32,900 bases of DNA from the IMG/VR virus record IMGVR_UViG_3300020042_006595, positions 1 to 32,900 of that record. The stretch is one strand, 5' to 3'. The DNA comes from a virus (Duplodnaviria > Caudoviricetes). Below are positions 8,700 to 17,622 of the stretch, piece after piece. Position 1 is the first letter of the stretch; each line of letters begins with the position of its first letter. The position numbers and the translations under genes were made by a program. Under the pieces are notes generated by a model. That model saw only the letters and a list, made by a program, of their open reading frames with translations. It was not told the DNA's origin and searched no databases.

Positions 8700-11600
8700 T
8701 TAGAATACTTCTAATATTGCTAGGCTACCTGTGCTTACTGAGAATATTGAACCTGAAACAGTATCATCAATAGTAAACATTCTACCTAATGTTCCATCAA
8801 TTGTAAATAGATTAGATCCACTACCCTGTATTGATATTGAACCTGTTACCCCTAGAGATCCAGTAATCTGAGCTGAACCTGTAAAAGGGAAACTTGAAGC
8901 ATTGGCTACATAGGATGCGGTTGCGGCATATGATGAGCTTACTGCATTTAATGCAAATGATGCTGTGTTAGCATTTAATGCCAGTGATGCTGTAACTGCG
9001 TTAGCTGCTATTGATGATGATATAGCATTAGTAGCAAATGAGGCACTAGTAGCGTTTGATGCATTTAATGCATAAGATGCTGATATAGCGTATGATGCAG
9101 TTAAATCATTTACTACACCATTAGGTATTGTTAGTGAACCAGATATGCTTACACTACCTGTAAATTGATGAGTATTGGTTATAATACTTCCAAAATGTGT
9201 AGATCCAGTTACAAAGTTAACACTTGATGTTATTATTTGTGCTACTATTGTTTGAGCGGTAAGAGTTCCTCTTACTAAGAAGTCATCTGCTGATGATGCT
9301 GTTGTAGCATATGATGCACTAACGGCATTTAAAACGTATGATGCTGTAGTGGCGTATGAGGCACTTGTAGCAGTTGATGCAAACGTAGCGTATGATGCAC
9401 TTATTGCATTATAAGCGTATGATGCTGTAGCAGCATATGATGCTGAGATTGGACTTTGATCTAAAATATAAATAGGACCGCCCATACCACTGTGAGCAGT
9501 ACATTGATAATATAAAATTTCAGGAACATCCATTGGTACATTAAATGTTAAAGTACCATTTGAAACGTCATTGTTTACTACACCGTTATTATATTGAGTG
9601 CCTGTAGATCCATTAACAGTTGATTGGATTCTGAATGGGTGGGCGCCCATTGTATTAGTAAATTTATATTGCTGACCTCTAACTAAGTAAATATTAGGAT
9701 CATTAGCTGATCCTGTAAATCCAGGTCCTGTAAAAGTATAATCGCTATTTCCATTAGCTCCTAAAATCCATTCTGAGGTATAAGTTGCTATTACTGCTAG
9801 AGAAGCACTTGTTGCTTGAGATGCACTTATGGCAAATGTAGCATAAGATGCTGTATTAGCATTTAAGGCAAGTGATGCTGTAACTGCGTTAGTTGCTATA
9901 GATGAAGATGTGGCATTAGCAGCTGATGTTGCAAACGATGCACTTATTGCATTATAAGCATATGATGCTGTAGTAGCATATGATGCACTAGAAGCGTTTG
10001 ATGCATTATAGGCATAAGATGCAGTTAAAGCGTAAGATGCAGATAAAGCATATGATGCACTTATAGCATTTAAAACGTATGATGCTGTAACTGCATTTGT
10101 AGCGATAGATGCTGATGTAGCGTTAGCAGCACTAGTAGCAAATGATGCGCTAATTGCATTTAGAACATATGATGCTGTTATTGCAGTTGCAGCTGATGTT
10201 GCAAACGATGAACTAACGGCATTTAAGACGTATGATGCCGTTTGAGCATTTTCTACGTATGATGCTGTAGTAGCGTATGAGGCACTTGCTACAGACATTG
10301 ATGCTGTTTGGTTAGTTAAGATAACGTTAGAGCCGTTAACAGCTAATGAACCCGTTACTGTAACACTTCCCGTAAATTGCTGAGTATTGCTTAAATCGTT
10401 ACCGAATTTATTTGAACCTGAGCTATAAATAACGGATGATGATATTGTTTGTACTATTATTGTTTGTGCTGTTAATGTACCTGCTACGGTAAAGTTATCA
10501 GCATATGATGCTGTTTCAGCATATTTAGCATATGATGCCGTTGTAGCGTATGATGCACTAGCGGCATTTAAAATATATGATGCTGTAACAGCGTTAGTTG
10601 CTATAGATGATGATACAGCATATGATGCTGATATTGCGAATGATGCACTAACGGCATTTAGTATATAAGATGCTGTTGTAGCATAAGATGCTGATGATGC
10701 ATTTGAAGCATTAATAGCATATGATGCTGAAGTAGCTGTTGATGCATTATTAGCGTATGACGCTGATAAGGCATATGATGCCGATAAGGCATATGATGCG
10801 CTTGCAGCATTTAAAACGTATGATGCAGTTGTTGCATTTGCAGCCGATGTTGCAAAGGATGCACTAATGGCATTTAAGACGTATGATGCTGTTTGTGCAT
10901 ATGACGCTGATAAGGCGTATGATGCACTTTCGGCATTTAATATATAAGATGCAGTTGTTGCATTTGCAGCGGATGTTGCGAATGAAGAACTTATAGCATT
11001 ATAAGCGTATGATGCTGTAGTAGCGTATGATGCTGAAGCTGCGGTTGATGCATTGTTAGCATACGATGCTGAAGCTGCGGTTGATGCATTATTAGCATAT
11101 GATGCTGAAGCAGCAGTTGATGCATTGCTAGCGAATGACGCTGATAAGGCGTATGATGCTGATAATGCGTATGATGCGCTTTCTGCATTTAAGATATAGG
11201 ATGCAGTAGTAGCATATGATGCTGAAGCTGCAGTTGATGCATTGTTAGCATATGATGCTGTGTGTGCATACGATGATGTTATTGCTAAAGATGCGCTCAT
11301 AGCATAGCTAGAGCTTACAGCATATGATGATGTTAACACAGACATTGATGCTGTCTGGTTAGTTAAAATGACGTTAGAGCCGTTAACTGCTAGAGAACCA
11401 GTAATTGTAACGCTCCCTGTTAATCGTTGAGTATCGCTTAAATTATTGCCAAATACATTTGATCCGCTACTATAAATTACAGATGATGTAATTGTTTGTA
11501 CATTGAGTGTTTGTGCTGTTACAGTACCTCCTACTGTTAAATTACCTGATACATTAAAATTAGTAGCATATGAAGATGTTTCAGCATATATAGCATATGA

Positions 11601-11978
11601 AGCTGTAGAGGATAATATAGCATATGAAGATGTTACGGCATATGATGAACTTACGGCATAAGATGATGTATTTGCATTAGAAGCGCTTACAGCATAAGAA
11701 GATGTTCTAGCATAAGATGCACTTATAGCGTATGATGATGTTCCAATTAAAGAACCTGTAAATGATCCACTAAAAGATCCAGTAAAAGAACCATTAAAAG
11801 AGCCTGTGTAAGAACCGGATGAAGATCCTAATTCTATAATAGAAGCGGTGCCATTATCTTTTTTGATGTATGCTTTACCATCGAAAGTATTTAAAGCAAT
11901 TTCACCTAAGTTAAGTGAGGATGTTGTAGGAACTCTACCTGGGACAGAGCTGCGCTTCAGTTCAATTTTAACAGACAT
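8700..11978 (-). CDS. Long fibre/appendage protein: gp37/Mtd-like N-terminal attachment domain, long TASYA repeat shaft, inserted cupredoxin-like domain
   Basis: N-terminal KIELKRSSVPGRVP...LGEIALNTFDGKAYIK resembles the T4 gp37 N-terminus (IQFKRS...GELAIN) as I recall it. Hundreds of residues of S/A/T/Y repeats and an HPF...YYQCTAHSGMGG motif. Confidence 0.8.
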   Translation of the reverse strand: MSVKIELKRSSVPGRVPTTSSLNLGEIALNTFDGKAYIKKDNGTASIIELGSSSGSYTGSFNGSFTGSFSGSFTGSLIGTSSYAISASYARTSSYAVSASNANTSSYAVSSSYAVTSSYAILSSTASYAIYAETSSYATNFNVSGNLTVGGTVTAQTLNVQTITSSVIYSSGSNVFGNNLSDTQRLTGSVTITGSLAVNGSNVILTNQTASMSVLTSSYAVSSSYAMSASLAITSSYAHTASYANNASTAASASYATTASYILNAESASYALSASYALSASFASNASTAASASYANNASTAASASYANNASTAASASYATTASYAYNAISSSFATSAANATTASYILNAESASYALSASYAQTASYVLNAISASFATSAANATTASYVLNAASASYALSASYALSASYANNASTATSASYAINASNASSASYATTASYILNAVSASFAISASYAVSSSIATNAVTASYILNAASASYATTASYAKYAETASYADNFTVAGTLTAQTIIVQTISSSVIYSSGSNKFGNDLSNTQQFTGSVTVTGSLAVNGSNVILTNQTASMSVASASYATTASYVENAQTASYVLNAVSSSFATSAATAITASYVLNAISASFATSAANATSASIATNAVTASYVLNAISASYALSASYALTASYAYNASNASSASYATTASYAYNAISASFATSAANATSSSIATNAVTASLALNANTASYATFAISASQATSASLAVIATYTSEWILGANGNSDYTFTGPGFTGSANDPNIYLVRGQQYKFTNTMGAHPFRIQSTVNGSTGTQYNNGVVNNDVSNGTLTFNVPMDVPEILYYQCTAHSGMGGPIYILDQSPISASYAATASYAYNAISASYATFASTATSASYATTASYVLNAVSASYATTASSADDFLVRGTLTAQTIVAQIITSSVNFVTGSTHFGSIITNTHQFTGSVSISGSLTIPNGVVNDLTASYAISASYALNASNATSASFATNAISSSIAANAVTASLALNANTASFALNAVSSSYAATASYVANASSFPFTGSAQITGSLGVTGSISIQGSGSNLFTIDGTLGRMFTIDDTVSGSIFSVSTGSLAILEVF
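9780..11340 (-). repeat. Low-complexity TASYA/SASYA/NA repeat array
   Basis: Dozens of gcatatgatgc/gcgtatgatgc units and a 6-9 aa periodic S/A/T/Y/N pattern in the protein. Confidence 0.9.
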
Positions 11979-12018
11979 ATTTATGGATCAATTTAAAAGA
12001 TATGTATCTTTGATACTA

Positions 12019-12034
12019 GGACTTATATAAGTCC
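12019..12034. promoter_or_regulatory. Perfect 16-bp palindrome GGACTTATATAAGTCC in the leader of the fibre operon
   Basis: The sequence is its own reverse complement and lies 3 nt from the ATAAATAT motif. Confidence 0.55.
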
Positions 12035-12037
12035 CGT

Positions 12038-12045
12038 ATAAATAT
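12038..12045 (-). promoter_or_regulatory. ATATTTAT motif (putative late promoter) upstream of the fibre operon
   Basis: One of nine copies located upstream of gene starts. Confidence 0.55.
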
Positions 12046-12048
12046 CAA

Positions 12049-12258
12049 TTAAAATGTCCCTCCGTCTATTGAATTGCCATTATATGAACCACTTTCAACA
12101 CCTGGAGAATCTACAACGTGGAATGAACCTGATACAGTTAGGGATGGATAAGTTGGATTGGTTTGTTTGGTATTAAGTGAACCAGATACAGTTAGTATGT
12201 TACTTCCTGAGTTGTAGGTTAAATTGGATAATATTTGTTCTAGTCTAATTAGTGCCAT
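12049..12258 (-). CDS. Small virion-associated hypothetical protein
   Basis: 69 aa, packed tightly in the operon, with SGS motifs and a C-terminal IDGGTF similar to D-G-G-x-F ends in phage tail proteins. Confidence 0.7.
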   Translation of the reverse strand: MALIRLEQILSNLTYNSGSNILTVSGSLNTKQTNPTYPSLTVSGSFHVVDSPGVESGSYNGNSIDGGTF

Positions 12259-12260
12259 GT

Positions 12261-13532
12261 TTATTGAAATTTACCAACAGCAATTACTTCATCCGTTGAT
12301 GATAATATATATCCCATTCCTGCTGTATTAAACGATAATGTTACATTTCCTCCTGCCTCTGTAATAGTTACTAATGAAGATCCTACATTGATACCATTTA
12401 CAAAGAATGCAAAGTTACTTACTGATGTTGGAGGTAGTAATGAACCTACTGGAGGTTGTAGCAATGCTGCACTTGTAAATATTGCTGTTGATGTAGTTAC
12501 TGTATTTGCTGTTTTAATAGTATTAGTATTTAAATATGCTACTTCTGCTGTATTTAAATTTGGAGAGATGAAAGTACTATTAAGTACATTAATTCCACCA
12601 CCGATAAATGATGTTGAACCTGCTGAATTAGTTGCTGGTTCTTTATTAGCAAACTTTAATCTATCTACATTTGTTACTACACCTGCTGTATCTATAACTT
12701 CTAAATCAAATATTACTTGTGATCTAGTATAGAATTTATTACGAATTGTTGCTAAATCTTTATTTATAGTATCAGGTATTATATATCCACTTACTTTAAT
12801 ATTGAATGTTGATTTTGCTATTCTATCAGCACCATTTTCTATTGATACTGTTGTAGCGAATGAATCAATACTTGCTCTAAATTTAAAACGTGCTGGGTCA
12901 CCCCAATATGAATCAGAAGCAAATTCAATTGCTTCTACAATCTTATTATTTTGTTCTACAAAGTTAGTAAATATAATACAGCTATATGTTAATGTAACAT
13001 AATCTGGTACTGTACTAAGATAGTAGCGCTTAGATGGTATTCTATTATTTATTATATCAAATTTATCATATGCATTTCTAGCATTGTAAGATGAACCTAC
13101 GGTTTGATATAATGCAACTGTATTGCCATCTATTTTATTACCTAAACCTCTAGTTTTTTCAACATTATCACGTTTAATTACTATTAAAGGTAATATTACA
13201 TGACCATTTCCATCTCTGTAGAAACCATCTGCTTGAATTGATTTCCAGCGTTCAGGACTACCATATATTGTTCTAACAGCCATTCTATTACCATCTTGAA
13301 TAACTGTTGGTTTAATGTAATTATCAAAATAATGCATTATAGCATTATCTATATCTTCTAAACCAATACTAATATCCTTTACTTTTTCTCCTTTAGCAGA
13401 ATAATCCGTACCACGATTATGTGCAAACGCATGTTGCTCACTAACCGGCTTACCTAAATTAGATAAGTATGGATTAATTTGCTCTTGTGATATTTCAAGG
13501 GCGTTTTTAGGTATTGGTTTTCTTTCTCTCAT
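12261..13532 (-). CDS. gp15-like tail terminator/sheath stabiliser with C-terminal beta extension
   Basis: IDNAIMHYFD...YGSPERW...LPLIVIKR...VPDYVTLTY...F.IKVSGYIIP pattern, and position after the neck genes. Confidence 0.6.
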   Translation of the reverse strand: MRERKPIPKNALEISQEQINPYLSNLGKPVSEQHAFAHNRGTDYSAKGEKVKDISIGLEDIDNAIMHYFDNYIKPTVIQDGNRMAVRTIYGSPERWKSIQADGFYRDGNGHVILPLIVIKRDNVEKTRGLGNKIDGNTVALYQTVGSSYNARNAYDKFDIINNRIPSKRYYLSTVPDYVTLTYSCIIFTNFVEQNNKIVEAIEFASDSYWGDPARFKFRASIDSFATTVSIENGADRIAKSTFNIKVSGYIIPDTINKDLATIRNKFYTRSQVIFDLEVIDTAGVVTNVDRLKFANKEPATNSAGSTSFIGGGINVLNSTFISPNLNTAEVAYLNTNTIKTANTVTTSTAIFTSAALLQPPVGSLLPPTSVSNFAFFVNGINVGSSLVTITEAGGNVTLSFNTAGMGYILSSTDEVIAVGKFQ

Positions 13533-13534
13533 TA

Positions 13535-13882
13535 TTATCCTTTTCTTTGTAATTCAACCATTTTGTCTAAAGCAAAAATTAATTGGCTAACTTGTGTAAG
13601 GTGGGTATTGATATCTTTAGATACTTTTGCAATATCTGGATTGGAGGAAAATTTAAATGGTTGAAATTCTTTACGCATTTTAAGAACATCTCTACGTACT
13701 TGTTCAAATGGAGGTAAATATTCTACTGTTGATGATGAAGCTCCAGTCTCAGGATCTACTGTTGGTTTACTCATTCTCATACCAGTTTTTATGAATTCAT
13801 CATCTGGTGTTGGATTTGCTCCTTGAGCATATATGTTTGTAGGTACGCCTAGTTCTTGTATTATGTCTGCTAATTTAATCAT
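13535..13882 (-). CDS. Hypothetical protein, putative head-internal (N-terminal MIKLADIIQE tag)
   Basis: ORF packed in the operon; N-terminal motif shared with its neighbour. Confidence 0.75.
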   Translation of the reverse strand: MIKLADIIQELGVPTNIYAQGANPTPDDEFIKTGMRMSKPTVDPETGASSSTVEYLPPFEQVRRDVLKMRKEFQPFKFSSNPDIAKVSKDINTHLTQVSQLIFALDKMVELQRKG

Positions 13883-13886
13883 TGTA

Positions 13887-14225
13887 TTAATATTTTCCTA
13901 GTTGTTTTGCGGTTTGATATCTTGGAATAAATTGTAGTAATCCTGGTATTCTAGTTGTTACTAGGCAATCAGTTTTAATTCTATCAATGTCTGTTTTAGG
14001 GTCAGCTGTTACTAAATATTTAATATGTAATAATGAGTATTCAAATCTATCTGTTGCTTGACCATCTAAATATTCACTTTGTTCTATAGTCATTACAACT
14101 ACACCTTGAATTGCTCTGATTTGGTTGTATATTTCTACTTTATTTACGTCAGCTGCTGTCTTAATCAAAACATCTGTTTTGAATAAGTTTGTTGCTTCTA
14201 ACAATAAATCTGTTAACTTTATCAT
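13887..14225 (-). CDS. Hypothetical protein (N-terminal MIKLTDLLLE tag; possible ferredoxin/ACT-like fold)
   Basis: ORF packed in the operon. The IYNQIRAIQGVVVM pattern recalls beta-alpha-beta ACT/AsnC-type domains (weak). Confidence 0.75.
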   Translation of the reverse strand: MIKLTDLLLEATNLFKTDVLIKTAADVNKVEIYNQIRAIQGVVVMTIEQSEYLDGQATDRFEYSLLHIKYLVTADPKTDIDRIKTDCLVTTRIPGLLQFIPRYQTAKQLGKY

Positions 14226-14851
14226 TGGTAATATTCTATTAAATTAAGTTTTGTTATTCTTGTTAAGTATCCTTTTAAAATAAATAATATAGTAACACCA
14301 GCAGTATCACCTGTTGTAGACTGTGCTCCTGTTCCTCCAGGAAGAGTAATAAAGTTTTGGTCAATACTATTTATTTCATACATTTTTTCTCTATCCATTA
14401 CTATATCCCCTACTTCAGGAAAGAAACCATATGTCTCTAATGAACTTCTTGGTATTTTAACTACTATATCATTGCTAACTGTTACACCAAATTCATCATC
14501 TCCATTAATTATTTCTGCTCTTTCAATTATACATTTTACTTCTAATGGTGGATAATACCATTTTTCTAATGCCTCACCATACATGTTAGTTTTAGTACTT
14601 TCAAGATTAATCTTAAAATACTTTACATCCATATTCATGTAGTCAACAGCAGTTGTTAGTGCATCATCTCCAGCACCACCACCTCCACCACCTATTCCTC
14701 CACCATCTCCTTCACCTCCACCTGGTGGACCACCTGAGTCTATTGGAAGATCAACATCTGTTCCACCTCCTTCAAATTCTGGTCCTCCGCCAATTCCTCC
14801 TCCTCCTTCTGTCCATGGAAAAAATTTTACTATACCGAGATTATTGAACAT
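14222..14851 (-). CDS. gp14-like neck/head-closure protein with Gly-rich N-terminal segment
   Basis: V.YFKI...TNMYGEA.EK...FGV...FPEVGDIV...YEI pattern; follows the gp13-like gene. Confidence 0.65.
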   Translation of the reverse strand: MFNNLGIVKFFPWTEGGGGIGGGPEFEGGGTDVDLPIDSGGPPGGGEGDGGGIGGGGGGAGDDALTTAVDYMNMDVKYFKINLESTKTNMYGEALEKWYYPPLEVKCIIERAEIINGDDEFGVTVSNDIVVKIPRSSLETYGFFPEVGDIVMDREKMYEINSIDQNFITLPGGTGAQSTTGDTAGVTILFILKGYLTRITKLNLIEYYQ

Positions 14852-14852
14852 A

Positions 14853-16877
14853 TTACATTATATAAATTGTTGCTGGGATGTTTATTAATGTATCGCGTGT
14901 AAATCCGGCTTCCATTTGCTTACGCTCTAGTTGTGATTTACGTGATACTTCATTTAACATTTCCTTCAGTTCATTAATTAAATTTTCTTTTTCTGTTCTA
15001 GCATCTGCTATTAATTCATTACCTTGTAATGGACCAACACCAGAAATACTTAAGTTAGCTGATTGAATACGAATGTGTGCTTCAATCTCTCTACATAGTC
15101 CTAAAGTATATTTAAGAATCCATAATCTACCTACAGCATTAATATTAGAATATATAGGGTTTCTATATGGAACATTCATTATATCTGTTACAACGTTTGT
15201 TCTTGTATCCCTTACTATTTGGCTCTTTTGCTTTAAAGAAACATAATCAAAGAATAATTTACGATCGTGTGTTGGGATAGGGAATATTCTAAGTTGGTTA
15301 TTTTGCAGATCAAAGGAATATGCTGCTTTTCTTATCTGATCATTCAATTCAATTGCTTGAACTTTCTGAACATCAAAGAATATAGGCATCAACATAAAGT
15401 TAATACCAGGAGACATCTGACCAAAGCCAAATGTTTCAAGTAATGATTGAATACCAGTACCTGTACCAGCATATGGATCAAAATATCTTACAATTGCTGG
15501 TTCTTCTTCATAAAATATTTTTCTAACCTCTATAATATCACCATTATCTAATGATGCTGAATCTGCAGCCCAAGCATTAAGATCATAAGTTTGAACGCTA
15601 GCAGACATATTTAATACTCCTTTCTTTATATCATAGCTACCACCAACTCCCGCTTCTGCTCCATAATCTGAAGATATACGTGTTGTAATAGTTGTTAAGT
15701 TATTACTTAATAATTTATTATTTAAAGCAGGATTAATATTAGATTGAATATAAACTGTAGGAATAGATTGTGTTACAGAGGCTGATATAAATAAATCAGT
15801 TCCTCCTGCTATTCTTTTTGATGTTGTGCGAAAGTATATATGTGAATTACCTTTTGGAACTGATGGTACTGAACCAGAGGTTACATTTGAAAATATAGAT
15901 GTAGTATTAATTTTAAAATTAGTAATATCATATGCTGATAAAGACGATGTAAAACTTAGTATAGTAGACGCGGATTGCGTTACTACTGATATAAGTGTAC
16001 CAAATGTGCCAAATGATACGCTTGTAAGTACATTTGATATGTTATTAGCAGTATCAGCCGCTGAACTTCCAGTACCTACGAAATATGTTGTTAGTGTATT
16101 AGGAGGTACGGATTCGGTAACTTTAAACTGTATAGCAACGCTATTACTACCTGTAACACTAAATATACTATTATTGCTAGTAAATGCTGAAAAGTTAAAT
16201 GAACCACTATTTGGATTATAGAAAGGAGTATAAACTGTAGCTCCTCCTACTGAATTAAATTGATTATAAACAAATGTACTTAGGCTTATATCTTTAGCAG
16301 CTGCACCTGAACCTGATGTATAATCTCCTAAGTTAAAAGACTTAATTAAGTCAAGATTTGGAGCAACATAATCTGCTACTGATGATGAAATTGTAAATAT
16401 TTCACCATCTGCTATTGATTGTGAATAAGCAGGATCAAAATCCACTTCAGCCCATGTTGCTAATCTAGCAACAGACCATGTTACAGGTGATCCTACTTCT
16501 GTACTTTTAACATATGAAATAAGATTATGGAAAAATGGTAATGTATCTGATCCTTCTATATTAATATAGTTATCTCTAATTTTATATTGGTATACTAAAT
16601 TACCATATGTAGTAACTGCTTCTTCAAACGCAGCATATACTGTTAAGTCAGTAATGTTAAGAGTTGCTGGGCTTGCCTTAAATTTTTTAGTTGCAAAATT
16701 ATATTGAGGGCCAGTAACACCTAAACGCTGTGCTACGAATCTAGCTGCACCTAATGCATCATTAGTAAATTCAGGATCATTAACGTAATATCCTAATGGA
16801 CAGTTACCTTTTACTGGAGAAAGTTTATTCGGATTACCACCATACTGGTCGTATAAGTCTCTTAAATTAATTGCCAT
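14853..16877 (-). CDS. gp13-like neck/adaptor protein with a large internal insertion
   Basis: QRLG...AAFEEAV..Y at the N-terminus. The C-terminus WILKYTLGLCREI...LQGNELIADARTEKENLINEL...P..IYI resembles T4 gp13-family C-termini. Synteny agrees. Confidence 0.7.
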   Translation of the reverse strand: MAINLRDLYDQYGGNPNKLSPVKGNCPLGYYVNDPEFTNDALGAARFVAQRLGVTGPQYNFATKKFKASPATLNITDLTVYAAFEEAVTTYGNLVYQYKIRDNYINIEGSDTLPFFHNLISYVKSTEVGSPVTWSVARLATWAEVDFDPAYSQSIADGEIFTISSSVADYVAPNLDLIKSFNLGDYTSGSGAAAKDISLSTFVYNQFNSVGGATVYTPFYNPNSGSFNFSAFTSNNSIFSVTGSNSVAIQFKVTESVPPNTLTTYFVGTGSSAADTANNISNVLTSVSFGTFGTLISVVTQSASTILSFTSSLSAYDITNFKINTTSIFSNVTSGSVPSVPKGNSHIYFRTTSKRIAGGTDLFISASVTQSIPTVYIQSNINPALNNKLLSNNLTTITTRISSDYGAEAGVGGSYDIKKGVLNMSASVQTYDLNAWAADSASLDNGDIIEVRKIFYEEEPAIVRYFDPYAGTGTGIQSLLETFGFGQMSPGINFMLMPIFFDVQKVQAIELNDQIRKAAYSFDLQNNQLRIFPIPTHDRKLFFDYVSLKQKSQIVRDTRTNVVTDIMNVPYRNPIYSNINAVGRLWILKYTLGLCREIEAHIRIQSANLSISGVGPLQGNELIADARTEKENLINELKEMLNEVSRKSQLERKQMEAGFTRDTLINIPATIYIM

Positions 16878-16900
16878 TGTTTAACTAGTATTTAACACGT

Positions 16901-16908
16901 ATAAATAT
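16901..16908 (-). promoter_or_regulatory. ATATTTAT motif upstream of the neck gene
   Basis: 23 nt upstream of ATG 16877. Confidence 0.55.
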
Positions 16909-16921
16909 AATAAAACTAGCG

Positions 16922-17593
16922 CTATTTACCATATTCATAATCTAATATCTTACCTACTATATCAGATCTATGGTTGGTTTTTAATTTAATCCATTTGATT
17001 TCTTCAATCTTTTTGGATAATTCAATGATGTACGATAGACCATTAAATTCATCTTTAATGTCTTTTTGCTCGTTATCGCCATTTACGATAATTCTACCAT
17101 TCTTACCAAGTCTGGTTAATATGGCTAGCATTTCTGCTTTAGTAAGGTTTTGAGCTTCTTCAACCACGAGCACATCATCCACTGTTTTTCCACGAATAAA
17201 CTGGACAGGGAGAGCGATAACTTTTTTATCAGTGATAAGTTGGTCAATTTTAACTTTGTCATAGCATTTAATTAAATTTTCTTGAAACGCTTCAAGATAT
17301 GGATCAAATTTTTCATTTAAACTACCTGGTAGGAATCCTAATGAGTGGCCTACTTCTACAGCAGCGCGAGTGACATGTATTGTTTCGCATTCTTTTTTAA
17401 ATAGGAAATCGAGTGCGGTTTGGGCTGATACTAATGATTTACCACAACCTGCTCTACCTGTTATTATTACGATTTGGTTTTCTCGTATTAATCGTTTTGC
17501 TTCTTTTTGTTCTTCGTTTAGTTGGATTTGATATTTAATTTCGTTTTTTAAAACTTTCTTTTGTTTAAACTTTTCATCTTGTTGCGTAGACAT
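16922..17593 (-). CDS. phoH: PhoH-family ATPase
   Basis: GRAGCGKS Walker A plus TRAAVE, LGFLPG, RGKT, EEAQN, TRLG, GD..QKD and HRS motifs. Confidence 0.93.
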   Translation of the reverse strand: MSTQQDEKFKQKKVLKNEIKYQIQLNEEQKEAKRLIRENQIVIITGRAGCGKSLVSAQTALDFLFKKECETIHVTRAAVEVGHSLGFLPGSLNEKFDPYLEAFQENLIKCYDKVKIDQLITDKKVIALPVQFIRGKTVDDVLVVEEAQNLTKAEMLAILTRLGKNGRIIVNGDNEQKDIKDEFNGLSYIIELSKKIEEIKWIKLKTNHRSDIVGKILDYEYGK

Positions 17594-17612
17594 AATATAT
17601 GATTTGTTTCTT

Positions 17613-17620
17613 ATAAATAT
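17613..17620 (-). promoter_or_regulatory. ATATTTAT motif upstream of phoH
   Basis: 19 nt upstream of ATG 17593, directly after the capsid terminator. Confidence 0.55.
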
Positions 17621-17622
17621 GC

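Noticed and set aside
8700-8702. Genome-wide stop-codon reassignment
   Set aside because: TAA ends most genes and TAG ends phoH and the 31847 gene. Core genes are intact in code 11, so the in-frame TAA is a local event.
3593-11340. CRISPR-like array suggested by recurring short repeats
   Set aside because: The repeats are in-frame coding and degenerate at third positions, with no constant repeat/unique spacer structure and no cas genes.
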